Shown: piece after piece, positions 8,082 through 21,589 of the stretch
Layout of the letters: every line of letters begins with the position of its first letter
Numbering within the stretch: position 1 is the first letter of the stretch
Assembly (NCBI RefSeq): GCF_000709555.1
Contig: NZ_CP006873.1
Span: 240,001-272,000 of the forward strand
DNA length: 32,000 bases
Reading direction: 5' to 3'
Source: Candidatus Saccharimonadota bacterium
GTDB lineage: Bacteria > Bacteroidota > Bacteroidia > Flavobacteriales > Blattabacteriaceae
The notes under the pieces: generated by a model
Seen by the model: only the letters and a program-made list of their open reading frames with translations
Database searches by the model: none
Told to the model about the DNA's origin: nothing
Made by a program: the position numbers and the translations under genes

Positions 8082-9794
8082 ATGGAAACGCACCCGACGG
8101 CAAAAAAAAATGGATGGAAAGTTGAGAAAGACTTCCCAGTTTGGGGTAATAATGAATTATACCTTACAACCATAACAGGTGGATATCTTCTAAAAGAAGA
8201 AACACCCTTTGAAGCTTATAAAAGAATAGCTAAAACAGCTGCAAGAATTCAGAAAGAACCTATTTTGGAGAAAAAAATATTTGATATTCTTTGGAAAGGA
8301 TGGCTTATTCCTTCTACTCCAGTAATGGGAAATTTTGGCAATGAAAAAGGTTTGCCTATTAGCTGTTTTTCAAGCCGAGTCGGCGACAGTATGTACGATA
8401 TCTATCGTAAAAATCTTGAAATGGCTATCCTAAGTAAACATGGTGGAGGTACAGCATATGATTTTACCAAGGTACGACCAATTGGAACAATGATTAAAGA
8501 GGGAACTCTAGGGACTTCTGATGGAATTATTCCTTTTATTAAATCTTATGATAGTACTATTATTGCTAGTAAACAAGGATGTACTAGAAGAGGAGCTGTA
8601 GCTATTTATTTAAATATAGAACATAAAGAATATCCACAATTTTTAGAGATAAGAGAGCCTAAGGGAGACGTAAATCGTCAATGTCATAACATTCACCAAG
8701 GAGCAGTGATTTCTGATGAGTTTATGAGAAAAGTTATTGAAAAAAATGGATCTGAACGAGAATTATGGCTTAATACTATAAAAAAACGTGTAAAAACAGG
8801 AGAACCTTATCTATTTTTCATAGACAACGCCAATAAAAATATGCCCAAAAATTGGAAAGAAAATGATCTAAAAATCTGGCATAGCAATCTTTGTACGGAA
8901 ATCATGCTCCCTACAGATGAAAATCATACATTAGTTTGTTGTCTGTCTTCTCTTAATTTATATAAATATGATGATTGGAAAGACACGGATACCGTATCCT
9001 ATGCAATAATGTTTCTAGATTCTGTGATTCAAGAATTTCTTGATAAAAGCCATGATATACATGGAATAGAAGATGCGGTCCGTTTTGCAGAAAAAAGTAG
9101 AGCTCTGGGGTTAGGAGTACTCGGATGGCATTCTTATTTACAATCAAAAATGATACCTTTTATTTCCCTTGAAGCTAATAGCTTAACTAGAAAGATCTTT
9201 GGAAAGATAAAGGAGGAAGCCGAAAGAACCACACAATATATGGCTAAAAAATATAAAGAAACATTATGGACTAAAAATACTGGTAGACGAAATCTGACTC
9301 TGACTACTGTTGCCCCAACCCGTAGTTCTGCTAAATTAGCTGGAGGACTATCTCAAGGTATAGAACCTATTGCAGCCAATATTTATGTAGATGACGATGC
9401 TAAAGGGATGCATATTCGGAAAAATGTTAAATTAGAATCTTTACTAAAAAAGAAAAAATTAAATACTCATGAAATGTGGGATCACATTGCTCATGAAAAA
9501 GGTTCTTGTCAAAAGATTAAAGCACTTACTAAGAGAGAACGTGAAGTTTTTAAGTGTTTTAAAGAAATTAATCAATTAGAGTTAATAAGACAGGCTTCCA
9601 TCCGACAGAATTATATTGATCAAGGGCAAAGTATTAACCTAGCTTTTCCACAAAATGCCCCTGCAAGATTTATCAATCAAGTACATATAGAAGCTTGGAA
9701 AATGGGATTAAAAAGTTTATACTATTATAGAAGCGAAAGTATTTTACGTGCAGAAACTAATTTATATTCTAAATGCTTATTATGTGAGATATGA
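8082..9794 (+). CDS. nrdA: Ribonucleoside-diphosphate reductase alpha subunit, short form without an N-terminal ATP-cone
   Basis: 570-aa ORF with the active-site motif NLCTEIMLP, YYYRSE near the C-terminus and a terminal CLLC cysteine pair. Confidence 0.9.
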   Translation: METHPTAKKNGWKVEKDFPVWGNNELYLTTITGGYLLKEETPFEAYKRIAKTAARIQKEPILEKKIFDILWKGWLIPSTPVMGNFGNEKGLPISCFSSRVGDSMYDIYRKNLEMAILSKHGGGTAYDFTKVRPIGTMIKEGTLGTSDGIIPFIKSYDSTIIASKQGCTRRGAVAIYLNIEHKEYPQFLEIREPKGDVNRQCHNIHQGAVISDEFMRKVIEKNGSERELWLNTIKKRVKTGEPYLFFIDNANKNMPKNWKENDLKIWHSNLCTEIMLPTDENHTLVCCLSSLNLYKYDDWKDTDTVSYAIMFLDSVIQEFLDKSHDIHGIEDAVRFAEKSRALGLGVLGWHSYLQSKMIPFISLEANSLTRKIFGKIKEEAERTTQYMAKKYKETLWTKNTGRRNLTLTTVAPTRSSAKLAGGLSQGIEPIAANIYVDDDAKGMHIRKNVKLESLLKKKKLNTHEMWDHIAHEKGSCQKIKALTKREREVFKCFKEINQLELIRQASIRQNYIDQGQSINLAFPQNAPARFINQVHIEAWKMGLKSLYYYRSESILRAETNLYSKCLLCEI

Positions 9795-9802
9795 AAAGAA
9801 AA

Positions 9803-9821
9803 AAGCCTAATAATTAGGCTT
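9803..9821 (-). terminator. Hairpin terminator candidate for the rRNA operon, possibly bidirectional for nrdA
   Basis: Perfect palindrome aagcctaat-a-attaggctt (9-bp arms). On the minus strand it is followed by a T-run (ttttttctttt). It lies between the 5S 3' end and the nrdA stop. Confidence 0.5.
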
Positions 9822-9830
9822 GATAAAGAA

Positions 9831-9945
9831 AATGGGCAACCACATACTCTCCCGGGAGTCCATCCCAGTACCATTAGCGCTGACGGGCTTAACTTCTCTG
9901 TTCGGAATGGAAAGAGGTGATCACCGTTGCATTAGTCACCCATTA
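9831..9945 (-). rRNA. rrf: 5S ribosomal RNA
   Basis: The reverse complement contains the conserved ccattccgaacagagaagttaagc core, and the terminal helix pairs aatgggtgac with gttgcccatt. Ends are approximate (+/-5 nt). Confidence 0.85.
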
Positions 9946-10010
9946 GATATGTTAATATTTAACATACGAAACAACAAATAAAATCTATATGATCTTATAG
10001 AAGAAACTTA

Positions 10011-12889
<2,879 letters not shown>

Positions 12890-12940
12890 AAAAGAAATCA
12901 TAAAAAAATTTTATTTGTTGTCAAAGAACTTTTTAAAATG

Positions 12941-13014
12941 TGGAGAATATCGGAATTGAACCGATGACCTCCTGTGTGCAAAACAGGCGCTCTAGCCAGC
13001 TGAGCTAATCCCCC
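12941..13014 (-). tRNA. tRNA-Ala (anticodon UGC)
   Basis: Reverse complement gggggattagctcagctggctagagcgcctgttttgcacacagg... folds as a cloverleaf with a TGC anticodon and the G3:U70 identity pair. No encoded CCA. Confidence 0.95.
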
Positions 13015-13028
13015 CCTTCTTTCTAGAG

Positions 13029-13102
13029 TAGTCTCGCGTGGACTTGAACCACGGACCTCTACATTATCAGTGTAGTGCTCTTACCAGCTAAGCTACGAGA
13101 CT
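13029..13102 (-). tRNA. tRNA-Ile (anticodon GAU)
   Basis: Reverse complement agtctcgtagcttagctggtaagagcactacactgataatgtagaggtc... has a perfect 7-bp acceptor stem and a GAT anticodon. It is in the canonical 16S-23S spacer position. Confidence 0.95.
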
Positions 13103-13176
13103 TCTTAGAAGAAGTTAAAGAGTTGAATATAAATAAAAGCATTATGTTTTCCCCTAAGAAAAAAAACTTCTCTGAA

Positions 13177-14725
<1,549 letters not shown>

Positions 14726-14854
14726 GTTGTTAATGTTTTAAGTATAAATATCTCTCAGGGGAAAAACACAATAGCTTTCTACTTTCATTAAAAATTCATT
14801 CAATGAACATTATTATAGGTTTAGATTGAAACCTATGCATCCATAAGGACTTTA

Positions 14855-14885
14855 CAAAGGTATAATAAATATTTTCTTTGGCAAG
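14855..14885 (-). promoter_or_regulatory. Candidate Bacteroidetes-type promoter for the rRNA operon
   Basis: The minus strand reads cTTG-N19-TAccTTTG, matching the Bacteroidetes -33 TTTG / -7 TAnnTTTG architecture at correct spacing. It lies about 125 nt upstream of the mature 16S 5' end. This rests on a single motif match only. Confidence 0.35.
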
Positions 14886-15001
14886 AGAAAAAACAACAAA
14901 AAAAACGGAAGAATCTAAATTTTATGAAGACTTCGAACTTACTAAAAAACTTCTTGCAGAAATCCCTTATCAAGAAAGAGATGAGTAACGGATATGGGAA
15001 T

Positions 15002-15034
15002 AAAGAAAGAAAGAAAGAAAGAAAGAAAAAAAAA
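15002..15034. repeat. Microsatellite (aaag)x6 followed by a poly-A run
   Basis: Direct reading: aaagaaagaaagaaagaaagaaag followed by aaaaaaaaa, in the spacer between the rRNA operon and ispB. Confidence 0.95.
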
Positions 15035-15331
15035 TACTTTAATAGCAGAAGTTAGAGATAACACTACTTCGATAGACGAGATTTCTTATAAAAAAACTGA
15101 TAACTACCCCGATTAACCCAAAACGCCAAAGAAGAAGGTTCTGTAGTGACGCCGGAAAAACATTTATTAATTAGCTTCCGAAATGGGAAAGAAGCTTGCA
15201 TAAATTTAGGGATCGCGATAGGAACTGTATGATTCCCAATTTTAAGCCTACGAAATCTGCTCTATTAATTCTGGCAGCCGTATCTTAGATTAGAATGCAA
15301 GCCTCGCAATATAAGCTTATTACGGACTAAA

Positions 15332-16306
15332 ATGCAATTTAATATGATAAAACAAATACAAGAACCGATTTTAGAAGAGATGAAACTATTTGATAAAAAT
15401 TGGGGTTCCTATTTGCAGAGGAAAGTACCTATGTTAAAACGTCTAATTAATTATATTATTCATCATAAGGGAAAGCAAATACGTCCTATGTTAGTATTTC
15501 TCATAGCAAAAATGTTAGGAACAGTTACGGAAAAAACACATTATACGGCTGTTTTAATAGAATTAATTCACACTGCTACTCTTATCCATGATGATGTAGT
15601 AGACGGGAGTCCGCTGCGAAGAGGATTTTCTTCTATAAATGCTTTATGGAAAAATAAAATTGCTGTATTATTTGGGGATTATCTACTTTCAGAAGGGTTA
15701 ATAATTGCCACAAAAATTGATAATTCATATCTATTTAAAATTATTTCTAAAACCATACGAAAAATAATTGAAAGTGAATTATTACAAATAGAAACATCAA
15801 TATATATAACTGAAAACAAATACGAAAAGATTATACGAGACAAGACCGCTAGTTTAATTAGTGCATGTTGTGAAGGAGGAGCATGTTCAATGGGGGCAGA
15901 TGAAGAGACATGTTTTAAAATGAAAAAATTTGGAGAAATTATCGGATTATCTTTCCAGATTAAAGATGATTTATTTGATTATTCCCAAGATATTCCCATA
16001 GGAAAACCTATAGGAATAGATTTTAAAGAGAGAAAAATAACTTTACCGTTGATTCATGTTCTTAGTAAAAGTAATTCAAAAGATAAAAAATGGATTATAG
16101 ATTCTATCAAATACCATAATAATGATACACAAAGAGTGCAAGAAATTATAAAATTTGTCAAGAAAAATGGAGGGATAAATTATGCTATAAAAAAAATGAA
16201 TGAGTTTCGTCAAGAAGCATTAAAACTTTTAGAACAATTTCCGGAAAATCCGTCAAAAATCGCGTTAAAGACTATGGTGAATTATATAATAGAACGTCAG
16301 TACTGA
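15332..16306 (+). CDS. ispB: Polyprenyl (octaprenyl-type) diphosphate synthase
   Basis: 324-aa ORF with both aspartate-rich motifs (LIHDDVVDGSPLRRG and FQIKDDLFDY) and a trans-IPPS fold pattern. Confidence 0.88.
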   Translation: MQFNMIKQIQEPILEEMKLFDKNWGSYLQRKVPMLKRLINYIIHHKGKQIRPMLVFLIAKMLGTVTEKTHYTAVLIELIHTATLIHDDVVDGSPLRRGFSSINALWKNKIAVLFGDYLLSEGLIIATKIDNSYLFKIISKTIRKIIESELLQIETSIYITENKYEKIIRDKTASLISACCEGGACSMGADEETCFKMKKFGEIIGLSFQIKDDLFDYSQDIPIGKPIGIDFKERKITLPLIHVLSKSNSKDKKWIIDSIKYHNNDTQRVQEIIKFVKKNGGINYAIKKMNEFRQEALKLLEQFPENPSKIALKTMVNYIIERQY

Positions 16307-16313
16307 AAAATCT

Positions 16314-17825
16314 ATGGGAACAAATTTAATTATTGTAGAATCTCCTACGAAAGTGAAGACTATACAGAATTATCTAGATAAATCTTTTTAAGTAGGCCAC
16401 ATTGTTAATTTACCTTAGAAAAGTCTGGGAATAGACATACATAATGATTTTTAACCTATTTATGTAGTACCTAAAGATAAAAAAAAGATCGTTAAAAAAC
16501 TTCAATCTTTAATTAATAATCATGATGGGATGCCATAATAAATTTAAAATCCCACGGAGGATAACGAAAAACCTAGACCTATAAATAATAATTTGGTATA
16601 TGCACGTAGAGTTCTTGACCTTTAGCTTTCTCCAGGAGTAAAAAAATAAAGAAAGGACTTTCTGTAGTACGTGTCCAATCCGTAGCAGGACGTTTAATCG
16701 GAGAACGAGAAAAATAAATACCCAACTTTAAACCGAGTCAAATCTTTATTTGTATCAGAAAAGAAAAAAGAGTCCATTATCACCTTTTACTACTTCTAGT
16801 CTTCAGCAAGAAGCTTTTAGAAAATTAGTATCCTCAGTTGAGTATACTATGCGTATGGTTCAACAGTTATATGAAGAAGGATATATAACTTAGATTCGGA
16901 CAGATAGTTTAACAGCCTCAATAAAAAAAAGATTTTATAATTAAAAACTTTGGTCTACCAAAAGTAAATCTGCACAAGAAGCCATTCGACCTACAGACGT
17001 TAGCAAATTTCATGTTAGCAATGATATAGCCGCCTGTCTGAGCTCAGATGGCAACGGACTACGCTTTGTTGGAAAAAACTACTATATACATTAACACGCC
17101 AGAGAAGTCTAATTTCCTTGCTGAGAAATAATTGTTTTCGATGGATTTTTAATACTTGATAAAAATACAATTGAAAAAGAAACAGATGAAAATTATCTTC
17201 CCAAACTGAAAGAGGGGGAAGGACTTAAAAATCAAAGTATTACAGCGATACAACGTTTTACTAAAAATTTGTCTCGTTAGAGTGAAGCATTGTTAGTCGA
17301 TACTTTAGAAACCCTTGGGAGACCTTCTACATATGTTCCTCCCATATTAACTATTAAAAAACGGAATTCTATCAAAATAGAAGATATAAAAGGAATAGAA
17401 CAGAATTATGAAGTAGTAAAATCAATAGTTATAATAAAACAGAATTGAGTTGAGTAAGTAAAAAGAAAATTATTAATTACGACTTTCCAGCTCAAATAGA
17501 AAATCATGGAATAACTTGATTAAGTCTTTCTATATCGGATTCCATTCAAAAATTATACAGAACGCCTACTTGAGAAGTATTCAAAATCCGTAAAAAAAAG
17601 TTTTTGCTCGGTCGTTTTGTAGAAATAAAGGATAAGGATGACCCCTTATTAAAACATCAGCATAGGATTATTAAAACTTTTGACATTCAATATGATGGAA
17701 AATCTATATCAATTCAGGAAGATAGTGGATATTGTGCTGATGAGATTACTTTGGAACAAGTGATTGAACTGATTAAAAAACAACGGAAGGAAATGGACGT
17801 TTTAGTCCAGACAAGGTCAAAATAA
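16314..17825 (+). pseudogene. topA: DNA topoisomerase I pseudogene, with multiple stops, frameshifts and internal deletions
   Basis: Translation reads MGTNLIIVESPTKVKTIQNYLDKSF*VGHIVNLP*KSLGIDI...; later fragments are [75 protein letters not shown] and GRPSTYVPPILTI. All are collinear with TopA. In-frame stops occur at 16389 and 16416 and many more follow. About 1.5 kb remains against roughly 2.5 kb expected. The ORF-track entry 17604..17825 is its C-terminal fragment. Confidence 0.85.
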
Positions 17826-17852
17826 TTTATCGAAAAATACGTACCCGAATAA

Positions 17853-20800
17853 TCAGATGCTTATCGAGTTGGTGGGAAATTTTTTAATTTGATCACGGGC
17901 AATGATAGCTATAAAAAAAAGAAAAAACAGAATATAATAAATCCATATCGGAATAGCAATAGGATTGCCTTTAGCATAAGAATGTAGACCTGATAAATAA
18001 TAGTTTACTCCAAAATAAGTCATAATTATAGAAGAAAATGAGAGAATACTAGCAAAATTAAAAGCAAAGATTCCTCGTAAATTTGGAATTAACCTCATAT
18101 GTAGTACAAAAGCATAGACTATTATACTAATTAAAGCCCAAGTTTCTTTTGGATCCCAACTCCAGTATCTTCCCCAACTATTATTAGCCCAAACTCCTCC
18201 AAGGAAAGTTCCTACAGTTAATAAAAATAATCCTATTGTCAGGGACATTTCATTGATAATAGTTAGCTCTTTTATAAGATTTTCAATAGTTGGATTTTTT
18301 AATAAAGGTCGTAAAATACAAATAATTAAAACAGTTAAACCTAAGAATCCTCCAACAGAAAAAAACCCATAACTTGAAGTAATTACTGCTACATGAATAA
18401 TTAGCCAATAAGATTTAAGTACAGGCACAAGATTTGTAATTTCAGGATTCATCATGTGAGCTATTCCCAGAAGTGCAGTGGAAGATAAAGTAGAAATTGA
18501 GGGGAGAAAAAAATTGACTGTACGATAAAAAAGACAAGACACCAACACTATGCACCAACTAATAAAAACTGCCGATTCATAACCATTGCTCCAAGGAGAA
18601 TGGCCGGAAATATAGCAACGGAAGGCTAACCCAAAAGCATGAATAAAAAAGACTAAAACAGTAATCCTCATTATGAGGCGTCCAACTATTCTAATACTAA
18701 ACGAAGAAGTAAACAAGTCAGTAAAAGCTACTATCAGAAATAGTAGACCTAAAAAAGCATAAAAAAATATAAGGTTATAAAAAATATTTAATTTATTATA
18801 AAATATTTCAGCTTCAATTTTGTGTTTACAAGGGATTATATCATGACCAAATCTATATTGATAATTAATGATTTTGTGCAAAATTTTATCCGCTGATTTC
18901 CAATAATTAGATTGTTGGGCTTTTGACAAAGCTATGAAATAATTTTTTAGCATATTCAGAGCCGGTGGATATACTTTCATAGGATTCGTTCGGATCCAAG
19001 TATGATTAACCTCATTTGGAAAAATTCTTAGATACTCTCCCTGTAAAAGACCTGATATGAGGCCTATTTTTTCGGTTAAATCTATAATCGCCTTATCATA
19101 TTGATTTCTTTGTGAAGGACTCTTTAAAAAAGCTTTTTCATAATCTTTTTTTAAGAAAAAATCTATTTTCCCGGTAGACTGATTAAATTTACAAAGATTC
19201 ATTAATGATGTATAAGCATTCTTATTAGCTTTGGTAATATTTAACAACTTATTTCCAATTCCTACCTTTATAAAAGGTAGGTGAATCCAAGACCTTGGAT
19301 ATTGATAAATAGATATCATCCATCGTACAGCTTCCCAGGGTCCTATATAATCTTTCTTGTAAATTTTACGAAGCAATTCTAGTGCCATCGTATGTATAGG
19401 TTTAATCCTTCCTGAGGGATCTTGAACCAATAACCGACTGAATTTATCAAGATGGGAATTGGGTATTTTAGGAGAAGAATTGATAAACTCTATCAGATTA
19501 TAAGAAAAAGGTTTATGTTTAGCAGATATACCTATAAAAGGTAGAGGTAAAAAAATGAGAATTAGGAATTTTTTACGGTTTATTTCAGCAAGTTTTCTTC
19601 TAAGTTTTGAAAAATGAGTTCCTTTCCAAAAAAAATTTATAAACATTCCCAAACCTAATAACATATTTCCTATGTAAGATATCATAGTTCCCCAATAATC
19701 ATGATTCACTGAAAGATATGTACCCTTAATATCAGAATCATAACTTGATTGAAAAAATCGATACCCTTTATAAGATAGTACATTATTCATCAAAATTCTA
19801 TACTTTTTTTTATCATTCCCATCGTTAATTGTTAATTCACTAGCAAAAGAAGAAGGACTGGAAGAACCAGGATAACGTTGTAATTCAAATCGATCCAAAT
19901 GCAAAGAAAAAGGAGTTTCGATAAAAATAGATCCATAACCTATGGTGATTTTTTTATTTTCTATTTGAAGTTGTCCTCCCATATTGGATAGTCCTTTTTT
20001 TGCAAAAAACGTAATAATTTTTGATTGATTTCTATTGGAAACTTCAGCAGTAATAGCATCTGGAAAATTTTCTTCTTGGTCTTTTGGAGATGATACATAT
20101 TTTATAATTCCATGACGAATAGGATCTGGGACCATCCATTGTAAAGATCCCATTTTATAAATAGTTTTTAATTTCAGTTCTGAAGGAACGTTTTTTCGAA
20201 TAAGACCTGAAATTCCAGTTTTCATAATAGTATACTTTCCATTAACAGAAGAAAGTAAGTATAGCTTACCCTTCTTCTGTACTATTTTCATTGTCGTAGG
20301 TATAGAATGAGATCCAAAACTAATAGATTGACCTCCAATTTTTTTAGTCTTACCTGAGAAAAGGGAATCTTCTACATAACCTTTAGCGCCCTTAGAACAT
20401 AGAGTTACAATTTGAAGAAAAGGACTCCCGTTAAAACTGTCAACAATAATCTCCTGAGCATGCGGAACATAATTTATAATTTTAAGGTTAAAAATCTCAT
20501 TTCCAAATTGGAACCTTCCTTGAAACTTACTGTGAAGATTAGCTAGCAAATAAGGGATTTCATAGACTCGAATTCTGTTTTTATCTGAAATTTTTAATTT
20601 AATAAAAGTATTACTTGAAAGAATATATTTAGAGGTTGCACCTTCGAGAAGGTACATCATTCCTTCAAAACCTATATATCTTGAAATGGCACCACCTATA
20701 AAAATCAATACAAAAGCTAAATGAAAAATAAGCAAAGGCCATTTTTCTCGTCTCCAAAGACAATATCTACCAATATTTACTATGAAACATAATAATAGAA

Positions 20801-20966
20801 GTATCATAATGGTTTCGAACCAACTAGATTCGTAAATCAGAGCCTTTGCTGTATCTGTCGTATATACTTGTTCAAGGAAAGTACCAGTGGCCATGGAAAA
20901 TGCAAAAACAAGAAGAAGAATGCCCATTAACCTAGTAGAAAATAATAAATTGAAAAGCTGCCGCAT
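17853..20966 (-). CDS. ccsBA: Fused cytochrome c biogenesis protein (System II ResB/CcsB-CcsA)
   Basis: 1037-aa polytopic ORF. The N-terminus is ResB-like (LFSTRLMGILLLVFAFSMATGTFLE). The C-terminal CcsA part carries the tryptophan-rich WWD motif (WANNSWGRYWSWDPKETWALI). The fusion is typical of Bacteroidetes. Confidence 0.85.
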   Translation of the reverse strand: MRQLFNLLFSTRLMGILLLVFAFSMATGTFLEQVYTTDTAKALIYESSWFETIMILLLLCFIVNIGRYCLWRREKWPLLIFHLAFVLIFIGGAISRYIGFEGMMYLLEGATSKYILSSNTFIKLKISDKNRIRVYEIPYLLANLHSKFQGRFQFGNEIFNLKIINYVPHAQEIIVDSFNGSPFLQIVTLCSKGAKGYVEDSLFSGKTKKIGGQSISFGSHSIPTTMKIVQKKGKLYLLSSVNGKYTIMKTGISGLIRKNVPSELKLKTIYKMGSLQWMVPDPIRHGIIKYVSSPKDQEENFPDAITAEVSNRNQSKIITFFAKKGLSNMGGQLQIENKKITIGYGSIFIETPFSLHLDRFELQRYPGSSSPSSFASELTINDGNDKKKYRILMNNVLSYKGYRFFQSSYDSDIKGTYLSVNHDYWGTMISYIGNMLLGLGMFINFFWKGTHFSKLRRKLAEINRKKFLILIFLPLPFIGISAKHKPFSYNLIEFINSSPKIPNSHLDKFSRLLVQDPSGRIKPIHTMALELLRKIYKKDYIGPWEAVRWMISIYQYPRSWIHLPFIKVGIGNKLLNITKANKNAYTSLMNLCKFNQSTGKIDFFLKKDYEKAFLKSPSQRNQYDKAIIDLTEKIGLISGLLQGEYLRIFPNEVNHTWIRTNPMKVYPPALNMLKNYFIALSKAQQSNYWKSADKILHKIINYQYRFGHDIIPCKHKIEAEIFYNKLNIFYNLIFFYAFLGLLFLIVAFTDLFTSSFSIRIVGRLIMRITVLVFFIHAFGLAFRCYISGHSPWSNGYESAVFISWCIVLVSCLFYRTVNFFLPSISTLSSTALLGIAHMMNPEITNLVPVLKSYWLIIHVAVITSSYGFFSVGGFLGLTVLIICILRPLLKNPTIENLIKELTIINEMSLTIGLFLLTVGTFLGGVWANNSWGRYWSWDPKETWALISIIVYAFVLHMRLIPNLRGIFAFNFASILSFSSIIMTYFGVNYYLSGLHSYAKGNPIAIPIWIYYILFFLFFIAIIARDQIKKFPTNSISI

Positions 20967-21278
20967 GTCTAAATTAGATCGGTTAAAAATGAGAAGGAAG
21001 AAATGTTTAAAAGATTTTTCTGGAATAAAACTCGCATACCCTAAAAGAGGTCTCTACAGGATAGAGTTTACACAAAATTATTTAGAGAATATATAATCAA
21101 ATCGGTATTGAACTATCTTAATGGCAATGCAGATATAGGAATTTCTTTCTGCATTTTATATACCTCGTATGTATGATCATGGTGTTGAAGATATGCAATT
21201 ATTCAACATTTGAATACGAAAATAAGGTACGCAATCTATATTTTTAAACCAGTTACAGTCCCTATTTGTTCACTCTTG

Positions 21279-21363
21279 TACCTAGAGCGGGAATTGAACC
21301 CGCACGGTCACAATGACCACAGGATTTTAAGTCCTGCGTGTCTACCAATTCCACCATCCAGGC
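21279..21363 (-). tRNA. tRNA-Leu (anticodon UAA)
   Basis: Reverse complement gcctggatggtggaattggtagacacgcaggacttaaaatcctgtggtcattgtgaccgtgcgggttcaattcccgctctaggta. Class II tRNA with a long variable arm and a TAA anticodon. Confidence 0.93.
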
Positions 21364-21375
21364 CTTCTGTGTACG

Positions 21376-21448
<73 letters not shown>

Positions 21449-21589
21449 AATAATTTACAAAGATAAAATCATTTGATTAATATTTTTTTTATTTCATTGA
21501 GTTTTATAAGGGCTTCTAGAGGAGTAAGCATATTTATATCAATACTAATCATTTTCTACCGAATTTTTTCTAAGATAGGATCTTGCAAC

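Noticed and set aside
561-9147. Antisense or overlapping short ORFs within hisG, hisB, hisH, hisA, hisF, lgt, nrdB and nrdA (for example 561-839, 1265-1486, 2257-2517, 2875-3060, 3408-3602, 6499-6732, 7517-7945, 7993-8175, 8953-9147)
   Set aside because: Each is embedded in a well-supported conserved gene on the opposite strand or in another frame. None has a recognisable motif, and such frames are typical of AT-rich shadow ORFs. The same reasoning applies to 20887-21096, 21473-21658, 24126-24311, 24408-24614 and 30124-30411.
17604-17825. 73-aa ORF that could be called a small protein
   Set aside because: It is collinear with the C-terminal end of TopA and lies downstream of many stops and frameshifts, so it is part of the topA pseudogene.
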